Origin: Candidatus Moraniibacteriota bacterium
Lineage (GTDB): Bacteria; Patescibacteriota; Minisyncoccia; Moranbacterales; UBA1568
Length of the DNA stretch: 64,000 nt
NCBI GenBank assembly: GCA_037441965.1
Contig: JBBIRD010000003.1
Location: 6,741 to 70,740, forward strand
Direction: 5' to 3'
The notes under the pieces are model-generated. The model was not told the DNA's origin. It saw nothing but the letters and a program-made list of their open reading frames with translations, and did no database searches. Position 1 is the first letter of the stretch, and each line of letters begins with the position of its first letter. Positions 37,185 to 47,104 of this stretch are shown in pieces. A program made the translations under genes and the position numbers.

Positions 37185-38198
37185 ATGCGTATTTTTCTTT
37201 TTATAGCCTCTTTTCTTTCGGTAATGACTCTTGTAGTTTTTTTTCTTCTCTCGTATGCAGAGACGTCTTCTTATGGTACACGAAAAATAGAACAGCGTTT
37301 TGAAGTTTTGCAAGGAGAAAATGTTATTGATGTGTCCAAAAAATTGGAATCAGCGGGGCTTATTCTTTCGCGCATTCCTTTTTTGTGGCATATTGCGCGT
37401 ATTGGTAAAACTCACGCGCTTGTCGCTGGTACTTATAACCTCAGCGGGACTCTCAATATCACCGAAATCACTCGTATTATAACGACCGGAGAAACAATTT
37501 CTCATGATATAAAAGTTACTTTCCCGGAAGGTTGGGGGAGCAAGAAAATGGCAGACAAATTGACAGCTAACCATCTTCCTGGAGTTGATTTTTTACTTTT
37601 AGTACAAAATCCAAAAAAAGAATGGAAACAGAAATATGATTTTCTTAATGATTTACAATCAGATTCTTCTCTTGAAGGGTTTTTGTTCCCTGATACTTAT
37701 TTTTTTGATGAAACATCTTCAGCTGATGTCATTATTGAAAAAATGCTCGATAATTTTGGAAAGAAATTTAACACCTCTCTTCGTTCTGATATTTTGAAAC
37801 AAAATCGCAATCTCTATGAAATAATAACACTTGCAAGTATCGTAGAGAATGAAGTAAAATCTTCTTCTGATCGAAAAAAAGTTGCCGATCTTTTTTTGCG
37901 AAGGATTCAATCTGGTCAAGCTCTGCAGAGTGATGCTACGGTGCAGTATGTTCTCGGAAGAGATAAAATACAACATTCTTTCGAGGAAACACGAACAGCT
38001 TCCCCATACAATACATACATCAATCCTGGTTTACCTCCAGGACCGATAGGCAATCCGGGACTCAGCTCGATTGAAGCTGTTATTTTTCCTGAGAAAAACC
38101 CGTATGTTTATTTCTTGAGTGATCCAAAAACAGGAGAAACAATTTTTTCTATTACCTACGAAGAACATATCAAAAATAAAAATTTGCACGGATTATAA
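37185..38198 (+). CDS. mltG: Endolytic transglycosylase MltG
   Basis: TFPEG, LEGFLFPDTY, LASIVENE, LQSDAT, SPYNTY..PGLPPGPI. Confidence 0.93.
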   Translation: MRIFLFIASFLSVMTLVVFFLLSYAETSSYGTRKIEQRFEVLQGENVIDVSKKLESAGLILSRIPFLWHIARIGKTHALVAGTYNLSGTLNITEITRIITTGETISHDIKVTFPEGWGSKKMADKLTANHLPGVDFLLLVQNPKKEWKQKYDFLNDLQSDSSLEGFLFPDTYFFDETSSADVIIEKMLDNFGKKFNTSLRSDILKQNRNLYEIITLASIVENEVKSSSDRKKVADLFLRRIQSGQALQSDATVQYVLGRDKIQHSFEETRTASPYNTYINPGLPPGPIGNPGLSSIEAVIFPEKNPYVYFLSDPKTGETIFSITYEEHIKNKNLHGL

Positions 38199-38234
38199 CA
38201 AATGAAAGATAAGTAGTATTTGTGTTGTGAAGAA

Positions 38235-39338
38235 ATGAAAATAGCCTTGGTTCATGATTATCTTGTGCAATACGGAGGAGCAGAGCGGGTGCTTGAAGCT
38301 TTTACTGAGCTTTTTCCGTATGCGCCGATTTATACGCTCATTTATGATAAAGAGGCGATGCATGGTGTCTTTGAAGGGAAGCGTATTTATACTTCTTTTC
38401 TTCAGAAATTACCTTTTTCGAAAAAGCGTCATCGTTTTTTTCCGCCACTTATGCCTCTTGCTATTGAGGAGTTTGATTTTACAAAATATGATATCGTTTT
38501 ATCGGATTCTTCGAGTTATGCCAAAGGAATTATTACGCGTCCTGAAACTTTGCATATTTGTTATATGCATACGCCAATGAGATATGCATGGGATGATTGT
38601 CAGAAATACACACAAGATTTTGGATTTCCATCGTTAGTGAAGAAAATGGTTCCATTTTTTATGAGTCCAATACGTTTGTGGGATAGAGCAAGTGCTGATC
38701 GCATTGATCACTATTTGACGAATTCACAATTTGTAGCGAAGCGTATAAAGAAATACTATGGTAGCAATTCTTTGGTGATTCATCCGCCTGTCAATGTTGA
38801 TCGATTTTTTATTACGGAAAAACAAGAGGATTATTTTCTTATCGTTGGTCGTCTTATTGCATACAAAAGGCACGATATTGCTATTGAAGCTTTCAATCGT
38901 TTGAAACTTCCGCTCAAGATTATCGGTCGTGGACCAGAAATGGATCGTCTGAAGAAAATGGCCGGACCAACTATCGAATTTCTTGGTAGAATACCTGAAG
39001 AAGAATTACCACAGTATTATGCAAAATGTCGTGCATTTGTTTTTCCTCAAGAAGAAGATTTCGGTATCGTTGCGATCGAAGCGATGGCATCAGGGCGTCC
39101 AATTATCGCATACAGAGCAGGGGATATCGTGGAACATTTGGAAGAAGGGAAAATGGGAGTATTTTTTGATGCACAGACGCCCGAAGCGATCGTAGAAGCA
39201 GTCAATCGATTTCATGATAAGGATTATGACCCGGTCTATATTCGTGAAAAATCACTTCCTTTTGACAAAGAACGGTTTAAGGATAAAATAAAAGACTATA
39301 TTAATAATACGTTTGAAGAACATAAACGCCAAAGATAG
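38235..39338 (+). CDS. Glycosyltransferase family 4
   Basis: ALVHDYL..GGAERV, HTPMRYAWD, EEDFGIVAIEA. Confidence 0.92.
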   Translation: MKIALVHDYLVQYGGAERVLEAFTELFPYAPIYTLIYDKEAMHGVFEGKRIYTSFLQKLPFSKKRHRFFPPLMPLAIEEFDFTKYDIVLSDSSSYAKGIITRPETLHICYMHTPMRYAWDDCQKYTQDFGFPSLVKKMVPFFMSPIRLWDRASADRIDHYLTNSQFVAKRIKKYYGSNSLVIHPPVNVDRFFITEKQEDYFLIVGRLIAYKRHDIAIEAFNRLKLPLKIIGRGPEMDRLKKMAGPTIEFLGRIPEEELPQYYAKCRAFVFPQEEDFGIVAIEAMASGRPIIAYRAGDIVEHLEEGKMGVFFDAQTPEAIVEAVNRFHDKDYDPVYIREKSLPFDKERFKDKIKDYINNTFEEHKRQR

Positions 39339-39364
39339 TTTTTATTTTTTTAATATATTTATTT

Positions 39365-39982
39365 ATGGAACTCAAAGAATACATCAATCTTTTTCGAACA
39401 CATATCAGATGGTTTTGGATAACGCTTTTTCTCTTTGTTTTTGTGGCGTTCGTATGGCAGAAGAATCAATCCACTCATTTCGAAGCAACATTACTGCTCA
39501 ATATTGGTCGTACAAATATACAAAATACCGAGCAGTACACCTACGATAGTTTCTATCGGTTGCAGGCTGATGAGCGTTTTGCTGATACTGTCGTTCGTTG
39601 GCTTGGATCTCCACGCATCGTCGAAAATATTTATCAGGGAGTTGGACTTGATACACATAGTTTGAGCACACGAACATTGAAAGGCGTCTTTGTACCAAAA
39701 AGACTTTCTTCGCAGATGATAGAAGTGACATATGAGAATGCAAATGAAAAAAAACTGAGAGGAATCTCTCAGATGATGCTTACAGAACTCAATCAATATA
39801 CGAAAACACTCAATGAAGATAGTGGCGAAAAGAATTGGTTTATCGTTATCGGGAGTGATCCAGTGATTCGTGATGTGCGTTTTTCATTAGCGTTTGCTCT
39901 TGCTATTGGATGTGCATTGGGTGTGTTTTTTGGGTTTTGGATGACACTTGTTGGGCACTATTTTTCGAACGATAAAAAATGA
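39365..39982 (+). CDS. Wzz/YveK-like polysaccharide chain-length determinant
   Basis: MELKEYI start, N- and C-terminal TM helices, SSQMIEVTY; lies between two GT4 genes. Confidence 0.7.
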   Translation: MELKEYINLFRTHIRWFWITLFLFVFVAFVWQKNQSTHFEATLLLNIGRTNIQNTEQYTYDSFYRLQADERFADTVVRWLGSPRIVENIYQGVGLDTHSLSTRTLKGVFVPKRLSSQMIEVTYENANEKKLRGISQMMLTELNQYTKTLNEDSGEKNWFIVIGSDPVIRDVRFSLAFALAIGCALGVFFGFWMTLVGHYFSNDKK

Positions 39983-39983
39983 T

Positions 39984-41138
39984 ATGCGAATCGGTATTGA
40001 TGTGAGATGTCTAGCAGAAGGAAAAAGGACGGGAGTAGAAGAATATGTTATCGCTCTTCTTTCTGGTCTTTTTTTGCAATCTCCAGATGATACTTATATT
40101 CTTTTTTTTAACGCCTGGAAGAAACCGTTACCTGATTTTTTTTGGGCTACGAAATATCCTAATGTAACATTGAAAGTTTTTCATATCCCTAATAAATTGC
40201 TCAATTTTTCTTTGTGGTATTTTCGTTTTCCAAAACTTGATAGACTGATTGGCGGAACGGATGTTTTTTTCTTACCAAATATCAATTTTTGCGCCGTATC
40301 AAAAAAAACGAAGTTCATTGTGACAGCACACGATCTTTCGTTCGAGATATTTCCTGAGACTTTCTCGTGGAAAAGACGGATCTGGCATTTCTTTATCCAT
40401 TTTAAGAAACTCGTATTGTCCGCTGATAATGTGATCGCTGTTTCAGAATCGACGAAGAATGATCTTATTGACTTATATGGTATTCCAAAAGAAAAAATAA
40501 CTGTTATTTATAGCGGTATCGGAGAGCAGTTTCGTATTCTTGATAGGAATGATGAAAATCTCATTCGAGTACAAAAAAAATACCATCTTCCGTATAAGTT
40601 TATTCTCTCTCTTTCGACATTCGAACCGAGAAAGAACTTGCCGGCGCTTATTTCTGCTTTTAATGCCCTGATGGATATGCATCATCCGATATTGGATAAA
40701 TATTTTTTGGTCATTGCAGGCACAAGAGGATGGAAATATAGAGAAACTTTTCAAGCTATTCGTACATCGCCACACAGAGAAAAAATTATTGTAACAGGTT
40801 TTATAGCCGATGAAGATAAATCAGCATTGTACAATCTCTCAAGTATATTTGTGTATCCTTCACTCTATGAGGGTTTTGGTTTTCCTCCGCTCGAAGCGAT
40901 GGCTTGTGGTGTGCCTGTTATTGTTTCGCATTCTGCATCATTACCAGAGATAGTAGGAGATGCTGGCATTCTTATCGATCCATATAGACCAGATGAGATT
41001 TTGGAAACTTTGAAACAAGTATTAACCGATAGAGAATTGCAAGAAGTTATGAGAAAGAGCGGGCTTTCACGCACCTTGGGTTTTGTATGGAATGAAACTA
41101 TCAGACGGACATCGGAGTTTTTTCATATAAAAAAATGA
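39984..41138 (+). CDS. Glycosyltransferase family 4
   Basis: [32 protein letters not shown]. Confidence 0.92.
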   Translation: MRIGIDVRCLAEGKRTGVEEYVIALLSGLFLQSPDDTYILFFNAWKKPLPDFFWATKYPNVTLKVFHIPNKLLNFSLWYFRFPKLDRLIGGTDVFFLPNINFCAVSKKTKFIVTAHDLSFEIFPETFSWKRRIWHFFIHFKKLVLSADNVIAVSESTKNDLIDLYGIPKEKITVIYSGIGEQFRILDRNDENLIRVQKKYHLPYKFILSLSTFEPRKNLPALISAFNALMDMHHPILDKYFLVIAGTRGWKYRETFQAIRTSPHREKIIVTGFIADEDKSALYNLSSIFVYPSLYEGFGFPPLEAMACGVPVIVSHSASLPEIVGDAGILIDPYRPDEILETLKQVLTDRELQEVMRKSGLSRTLGFVWNETIRRTSEFFHIKK

Positions 41139-41329
41139 TGTTGTAGACAATGTATTTCTGAAAAAGAAGAGTCTTGACATCTTCTTTTTTTTTTATTTCA
41201 CGGTATGTTATACTAATACTAAAGTACGAATAATAAAAAATATGTAAGAAAATACTTTTTTGTTCGTCTTAAAAAATGAAGGCTGAAAACCTTTATAAAA
41301 AACATATAAATAATTAATGTAAAAAATGT

Positions 41330-42718
41330 ATGAAGAACGAGCAAGCAAAAAAGAAAGTTGGAAAAGCGACAGCTTTGGCTATTGCTATTCTTTCTTTAGG
41401 TGCTTTCACTGGAATGGCATCGATAGTTGCAAAGAATCAATCACTTATCACGCCAGTTACATTGGCTGATGATAATGAAGATAAGAGTAACGATAGTGAA
41501 GACAAGAATAAAGACGAACAGAAATCAGAAGAAAACAAACAAGAGAAGACGAAAGAATCTTCGAAGAAGCAATACGAACAAGATCGTGAAAAAAATAAGC
41601 AGGTATCTGAAAAAAATCGCGAACAAGAGAAGAAAAACTTAGAACAAAATCGTGAACAAAACAAACAAGAAGAGGACAATAAAGATGGAGAAGAGATGGA
41701 CGCTGACGGTGATTATGATGGCGATGAATCTGCTGATACAGATACCGATGGTGATCGCGTAGGTGATACCAAAGGTATGTACAAAGATTCAGGGAAAACT
41801 CTCACAAAACTTCAGGAGAATATCTCTGAAGCAGAAAAGAAGATTCTCGAGAAGCAAGCCGAAGGGGTAGATGTTGCTGATGCTCTGAAGAATCTTGCTG
41901 TAGCAAAAGCGCAATTTTCTCAGGTAAGTGTTTTGTTTGACCAAAATGATTATGAAACAGCAAAACAATTAGCAAAGAATATCAAGAAAGAAAATATTTT
42001 TAATGAAAAAGATCTCGAATTTCAAAAAGATGTAGCAGAATCTGTGCGTGAAGTAACGAAAAAAATTGCCAAAGTGAATGAAAAGATCGCAATACTTGAA
42101 TCGCTTGGTGGAGACACTACTGCTTTTAAAACACAAATAGTTGGCTTACAAGCAGATCTAACTGTACTTCAGTCATCGACGGATATGACGAGAGAGGCTT
42201 TTAAAGTCATTGAAAAAAAAGCTAAAAAATTGAAGAATCTCGTTGAACAATCCATTTTTGCTCTCGGTGGATCTGATGAAGATGATGATCTGTATGCTGA
42301 TCACGAAGAAGATACGAATGATCTCGAAGAAGATCTGAAGGATGTTGCGGAAATTGAAGACGGTGATGAAAATGGCGTTTCAGAAAAAGTGCGATCTATT
42401 GCGAAAGAACATCGATCTTCTGTTGCTACTGTAGCTAACAGTTTGGGTGATATTAAGAATCAGAGTAGTTTTACTAAAACTGTCTTTGGTCCAGACTTCA
42501 ATGCTCTTGATAAACTTACTTCGGAATCTGACGCTATGGTGACGCGTGCTGATAATCTTATCACTGTTTCGACACAGGTTACTGATCCTGATGTAAAACA
42601 AGTGCTTATTGATCGCGCAGCAGCTCTCCGCAGTGAAGCATCTAAACTTTCCGCTTATATATCTGCAGAGAACAGCCAATTCAGTATTTTTGGAAAACTT
42701 CTCTCGTTCTTTCGTTAA
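41330..42718 (+). CDS. Exported/anchored acidic coiled-coil protein with low-complexity and DxDxDG segments
   Basis: N-terminal basic/hydrophobic signal; E/K/Q/N-rich repeats; DADGDYDGD and DTDTDGDRVGD. Confidence 0.8.
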   Translation: MKNEQAKKKVGKATALAIAILSLGAFTGMASIVAKNQSLITPVTLADDNEDKSNDSEDKNKDEQKSEENKQEKTKESSKKQYEQDREKNKQVSEKNREQEKKNLEQNREQNKQEEDNKDGEEMDADGDYDGDESADTDTDGDRVGDTKGMYKDSGKTLTKLQENISEAEKKILEKQAEGVDVADALKNLAVAKAQFSQVSVLFDQNDYETAKQLAKNIKKENIFNEKDLEFQKDVAESVREVTKKIAKVNEKIAILESLGGDTTAFKTQIVGLQADLTVLQSSTDMTREAFKVIEKKAKKLKNLVEQSIFALGGSDEDDDLYADHEEDTNDLEEDLKDVAEIEDGDENGVSEKVRSIAKEHRSSVATVANSLGDIKNQSSFTKTVFGPDFNALDKLTSESDAMVTRADNLITVSTQVTDPDVKQVLIDRAAALRSEASKLSAYISAENSQFSIFGKLLSFFR

Positions 42719-42735
42719 CAAGCAATCTTTATAGA

Positions 42736-42782
42736 AAAGAATAACTCCTATTTCTCAGAGAAGTAGGGGTTTTTCTTTTTTT
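42736..42782 (+). terminator. Intrinsic terminator
   Basis: aactcctatttct / agaagtaggggtt stem followed by a T-rich tract. Confidence 0.65.
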
Positions 42783-42831
42783 ATGATATGATTTGTTTAG
42801 AAAAGGTATAATATCAATTTATAATTTTTGT

Positions 42832-43368
42832 ATGGATAAAAAATCAAAAATATTTTTCATTGTTTTTTTTCTTTTGATTGCTGGATCTGTGGGTGTAGCG
42901 TATTATCGTTTTATGGTACAGCATGATTATATAGTTCAAGCAGAAGCGGATTGTGATCCGTATACTGAAGCGTGTTTTGTATATGTTTGTGATCCAGAGG
43001 TAGATGGTGAATGTACTGGTGATCCGATAGAAGACACATCATACTACAAACTCATCGATCGCAATGCAAAGAATATTCCCAATTGTGATCCTGCTGATGA
43101 AACCTGTACCGCTCTTGTATGTGGAGAAGGTGAGGTAGACTGTACTTATACCTTGTGTGATTCGGATGCGCTTGAGGAGGGACAGGTATGCAATGATCCG
43201 GTAGTGTATACAGCCGAAAATCCACTTGAAGAAGAAACGGAAGCAGAAGCAGATGGCACAGAGACAGAAGCGGACGAAGGAATGACGACAGAAGAAGACA
43301 TTACCTCAGAAGAAGATATGACAGTAGATGAAGGATCTGCATCTGAAACATCTGATTACGAAAGGTGA
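42832..43368 (+). CDS. Membrane-anchored Cys-rich acidic protein
   Basis: N-terminal TM; 10 Cys with repeated CDP; E/D/T-rich tail. Confidence 0.8.
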   Translation: MDKKSKIFFIVFFLLIAGSVGVAYYRFMVQHDYIVQAEADCDPYTEACFVYVCDPEVDGECTGDPIEDTSYYKLIDRNAKNIPNCDPADETCTALVCGEGEVDCTYTLCDSDALEEGQVCNDPVVYTAENPLEEETEAEADGTETEADEGMTTEEDITSEEDMTVDEGSASETSDYER

Positions 43369-43369
43369 A

Positions 43370-43660
43370 GTGTGTGTAAAGTTCATCTCTCTTCCAGTTT
43401 ATAAAGGAAAGGTGTATGTAGATGCCAAATCGACAGCTTTGTCATCTCTCTTTGAAACAAAAGGTATTTTCACTGCTTTACCTGATGAAGCGATGTTGCG
43501 ATGAGCGATGATCGAGAATTTGCCGTCTTTCCCATCTTTCCTTGAATATGTTACTCAGAAATTGCCTACAATGAATATGTCTACACTGATCATTGATCCA
43601 GAATTTCAGAGTCTTATGAAAAAGTGTGTTGATGAAACATTGGCACAGATTGCTCTGTAG
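43370..43660 (+). pseudogene. Possible gene remnant with one in-frame TGA
   Basis: 97-codon frame (VCVKFISLPVYKGK...AMLR*AMIENLPSF...LAQIAL*) interrupted only by TGA at 43502-43504. Confidence 0.3.
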
Positions 43661-43841
43661 TGTTTTGATGGGGACGAGTCTATCTTTCTATATCGAGAGT
43701 ATTTTTTCCGGCAGATATCATTATTTTTTTGCAAAACAATCTGATTTATGGTAGAATATAAGAGTAATAGACTTTTTTATATGGTTTTTCTTGCAAAAGG
43801 AAAGATTTTTTTGTTTAATTATTTTTTAAAAGTTTTCGAGT

Positions 43842-45263
43842 ATGGAAGATTTCAGAAAGGATGTACGTTTTGATAATAAGCTCATTATTATTGGTGGAGG
43901 CTTTATTGGTCAGGGAGTGTTACCGCTTATTTTCAAGCATATTGATATTAAACCAGAACAAATTTCCATTATCACAGCTGATGAACGAGGCAAAGAAACA
44001 GCAGAATATTATAACATTTCTTTTACCATCAATCCTCTTTCGAAGATAAACTATAAAGAAGTATTGGATCCAGTTTTGAGTCGTGGTGATTTCTTGCTCA
44101 ATCTTTCCTCTGATATCTCGAGTCGTATTATTGTGGATTACTGTGCTGAAAGGGGTATTCTCTATCTTGATACTTGTATTGATTCTTGGCTTGGTGAAAG
44201 TACTGATTCGACACTGTCTGTTTCTGATCGATCACTCTATAAACTGCGTGAAGAGATGATTGATCTCAAAGCAAAATATGGAGAACAGGGTACAACAGCC
44301 GTCCTTGCTCATGGTGCTAATCCTGGTATCGTATCACATTTAGTGAAACAGGCACTGCTTAATATCGCCAAAGATACAGGGAAAGATGTGCACATTCCTC
44401 AAACGAGAGAGGAGTGGGCAAGACTTGCTCAGGAACTCGATATCAAGACAATTCATATTGCAGAACGAGATACGCAGATCCCTACTGAAAGAAAGAGAAA
44501 GGGAGAGTTTGTGAACACTTGGTCTATTGATGGATTTGTTGGAGAAGGTATTCAACCAGCGGAACTTGGTTGGGGGAGTCATGAAAAATCTTTGCCTGCT
44601 GATGCTATGAGGCACACTTTTGGAGATCAATCCGCTATCTATCTCAATCGCCCAGGAGCGTCTGTGCGTGTCCGTACATGGCTTCCTCTTGCAGGGCCAC
44701 AGATCGGATATCTTATTACACATAATGAAGCTATTTCTCTTGCCAGTTATTTCAGTATTGGTTCTGGAGAGAATCCAGAATATCGTCCAACAGTACATTA
44801 TGCCTATCACCCTTGTGATGATGCCGTACTTTCGATGACAGAACTTGAAGAACGCAATTGGAAAATACAAGAGCACCAGCGTTCCATCACTGACGAGATT
44901 GTTTCAGGGATTGATGAGCTTGGTGTTCTGCTTATCGGCAATGAAAAAGGTGTGTATTGGTATGGTTCACGATTAGATATTCATACAGCAAGGAACCTTG
45001 CCCCCTATAATTCTGCGACATCGATTCAGGTAGCAGCAGGAGTGGTAGCTGGTATGATATGGGCGATGCGTCATCCGGAAAGCGGAATCGTTGAAGCAGA
45101 AGAAATGAATTTTGATGAAGTGCTTGCCATCGCTGGACCATATTGGGGAGAGCTTGTCGGTGAATACAGCGATTGGAAACCAACAACAGAACGCAATAGT
45201 CTATATCCTGAGGATATTGATATTGAAGATCCGTGGCAATTCAAAAACTTCCGTGTTCTGTAA
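43842..45263 (+). CDS. hss: Homospermidine synthase
   Basis: IIGGGFIGQG, YLDTC, HGANPGIVS, IHIAERDTQ, FVNTWSIDGF, THNEA, YRPTVHYAY, DPWQFKNF. Confidence 0.93.
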   Translation: MEDFRKDVRFDNKLIIIGGGFIGQGVLPLIFKHIDIKPEQISIITADERGKETAEYYNISFTINPLSKINYKEVLDPVLSRGDFLLNLSSDISSRIIVDYCAERGILYLDTCIDSWLGESTDSTLSVSDRSLYKLREEMIDLKAKYGEQGTTAVLAHGANPGIVSHLVKQALLNIAKDTGKDVHIPQTREEWARLAQELDIKTIHIAERDTQIPTERKRKGEFVNTWSIDGFVGEGIQPAELGWGSHEKSLPADAMRHTFGDQSAIYLNRPGASVRVRTWLPLAGPQIGYLITHNEAISLASYFSIGSGENPEYRPTVHYAYHPCDDAVLSMTELEERNWKIQEHQRSITDEIVSGIDELGVLLIGNEKGVYWYGSRLDIHTARNLAPYNSATSIQVAAGVVAGMIWAMRHPESGIVEAEEMNFDEVLAIAGPYWGELVGEYSDWKPTTERNSLYPEDIDIEDPWQFKNFRVL

Positions 45264-45294
45264 ATAGAGTGCTTATACTTCAAAAAATGAGATA

Positions 45295-45323
45295 TTGACA
45301 TATATCCTTTTTTGGTGTATAAT
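45295..45323 (+). promoter_or_regulatory. Consensus sigma70 promoter TTGACA-N17-TATAAT
   Basis: ttgaca 45295-45300 and tataat 45318-45323. Confidence 0.8.
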
Positions 45324-45394
45324 ATATTTTTGATAGTCAAATGGGTTGACTATTGAAGATTTGTGTTCTTTTGAAAAGAAAGAGGAGGCTAGAA

Positions 45395-45991
45395 ATGAGT
45401 GTTTTTGGCGATACTATAATCACTTTTTCTTTGGTTATTGGGATACTAGCGGGTGCGGTGACATTTCTTTCGCATCCTCTGTACATCGCCTCTATTATAA
45501 GAGGTGAAACCAAACCTCATGTCTTGACATGGGTACCATCTGCGATCATCGCAGGCATCACACTCTTTCTGTATGATAAAGCAGGAGGAGAGGATACAAT
45601 TTTTGCCCCACTTGGCGATTTTGTGGGACTTTCTCTGATTGCTATTTTTTCCCTATGGCACGGAAAAAAAGACGTGTTTATCGATGTGATAGATTGGTTC
45701 TGTACATTGATTGCGATGATTGGTCTTATAATCTATGTGATTTTTGATAATCAATTCATTGCTTTTGGATCATCAATGATTGCTGAAATCTTTGCTCTGA
45801 TTCCGACAATGAGAAAAACTTTGCACTATCCAGATCAAGAAGATTTTTTAGCGTGGACATTGACATTCGTTGGAAATGCTATAAATTTTCTGGCTATGAA
45901 TAATGCAGTGGAAGTTGCGTATGTTACGACAATTTTCATCATAGACGGAGTGATTTGGGCACTTATTCTCCGTGGCCGAATGAAAAGATAG
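45395..45991 (+). CDS. Hypothetical polytopic membrane protein (PQ-loop-like two-fold architecture)
   Basis: SD gaggagg; PLY..SI.RGETKPH..TW and PTMRK...P..E...AW half-repeats; 6-7 TM. Confidence 0.75.
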   Translation: MSVFGDTIITFSLVIGILAGAVTFLSHPLYIASIIRGETKPHVLTWVPSAIIAGITLFLYDKAGGEDTIFAPLGDFVGLSLIAIFSLWHGKKDVFIDVIDWFCTLIAMIGLIIYVIFDNQFIAFGSSMIAEIFALIPTMRKTLHYPDQEDFLAWTLTFVGNAINFLAMNNAVEVAYVTTIFIIDGVIWALILRGRMKR

Positions 45992-45997
45992 TTCTAT

Positions 45998-46040
45998 AAG
46001 GGACGATACATATTATGTTATCGTCCCTTTATATTTTTTA
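45998..46040 (+). terminator. Intrinsic terminator
   Basis: aagggacgata / tatcgtccctt inverted repeat followed by T-rich sequence. Confidence 0.75.
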
Positions 46041-46096
46041 CTTAAAATATAATTTATAGTATAATATAAATTATAAAATGTATTTTTTATTTTTTT

Positions 46097-46582
46097 ATGT
46101 TAGCTGATCTTTATTGTTTGCGTAAATCCGGAATTGCCGGTGAAGGTATTTTTGCTACACAGGATATTCAAAAAGGGAAAATTGTCGTTATTATGAAAGG
46201 AAAACTGTATCGAGAGGTACAACGTACGAAGACTGAAGCAATGACGAATCCTAATATGGTTGGAATTGGAAAAGATCTTTGGATGGATCCAGTTTTTCCT
46301 ATTGTAAAAATGAATCATTCTTGTAATCCAAATCTTGGTATGCGCGGGAAGGTGCTTTTTGTTGCGATGAGGAATATCAAGAAAGGGGAAGAATTGACTT
46401 TTGATTATTCTATTTCTGAAGAAAGTCCCTGGGAGATAAAATGTTGTTGCAGTGCCCCTCAATGTAGGAAAATCATACGCAGTATTCATTATTTACCATT
46501 GAAAACATTCAACAAATATTTACCGTTTATCCCAAAATATTTTCAAAAAGTTTATAGAAAGAATATTGCATTAGGAAAATAA
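46097..46582 (+). CDS. SET domain protein-lysine methyltransferase with post-SET Cys motif
   Basis: KSGIAGEGIFA, NHSCNPN, IKKGEELTFDY, CCCSAPQCRK. Confidence 0.92.
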   Translation: MLADLYCLRKSGIAGEGIFATQDIQKGKIVVIMKGKLYREVQRTKTEAMTNPNMVGIGKDLWMDPVFPIVKMNHSCNPNLGMRGKVLFVAMRNIKKGEELTFDYSISEESPWEIKCCCSAPQCRKIIRSIHYLPLKTFNKYLPFIPKYFQKVYRKNIALGK

Positions 46583-46615
46583 GAGTTGTTTATAAAATGT
46601 ATTAATGATATTGTT

Positions 46616-47101
46616 ATGTCTAAGATATATATCGGAAAGTCTTTAGTGAGTGGAAGAGGTTTATTTGCTTCAGTTGATATTTTAAAAGGATCTGTGGTTT
46701 TTATAATGAAGGGGAAAATCGTATTTCATCTTCCTAAATCGAAAAAAGAAGCATTGTCACATCCTGATATGGTTGGACTTACTAGAACACTCTATATCGA
46801 CCCTATTCCTCCTTATAAGTATATAAATCACTCTTGTAATCCAAATGTTGGCATTAAAGGTAGAGTAACATTCGTCGCGATGAGAAATATAAAAAAAGGA
46901 GAAGAATTGACTTTTGATTATTCTACTACTGAAAATAGCGAATGGGAGATGAATTGTCATTGTGGGTACTCTAAATGTAGAAAAGTTATTCGGGGGGTTA
47001 AATCTATTCCAGAAGATTCTTTCCAGTCCTATTTACCTTATGTTTCAAGATATTTTAGAGAAATTTATATTCGATATCAACATCAAAAAAATAACCAATA
47101 A
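46616..47101 (+). CDS. SET domain protein-lysine methyltransferase with post-SET Cys motif (paralogue)
   Basis: KSLVSGRGLFA, NHSCNPN, IKKGEELTFDY, CHCGYSKCRK. Confidence 0.92.
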   Translation: MSKIYIGKSLVSGRGLFASVDILKGSVVFIMKGKIVFHLPKSKKEALSHPDMVGLTRTLYIDPIPPYKYINHSCNPNVGIKGRVTFVAMRNIKKGEELTFDYSTTENSEWEMNCHCGYSKCRKVIRGVKSIPEDSFQSYLPYVSRYFREIYIRYQHQKNNQ

Positions 47102-47104
47102 TTT

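Noticed and set aside
33295-41138. Glycosyltransferase/Wzz genes as a novel polysaccharide system
   Set aside because: Ordinary GT4 and chain-length genes interleaved with housekeeping genes; nothing distinctive in the sequence
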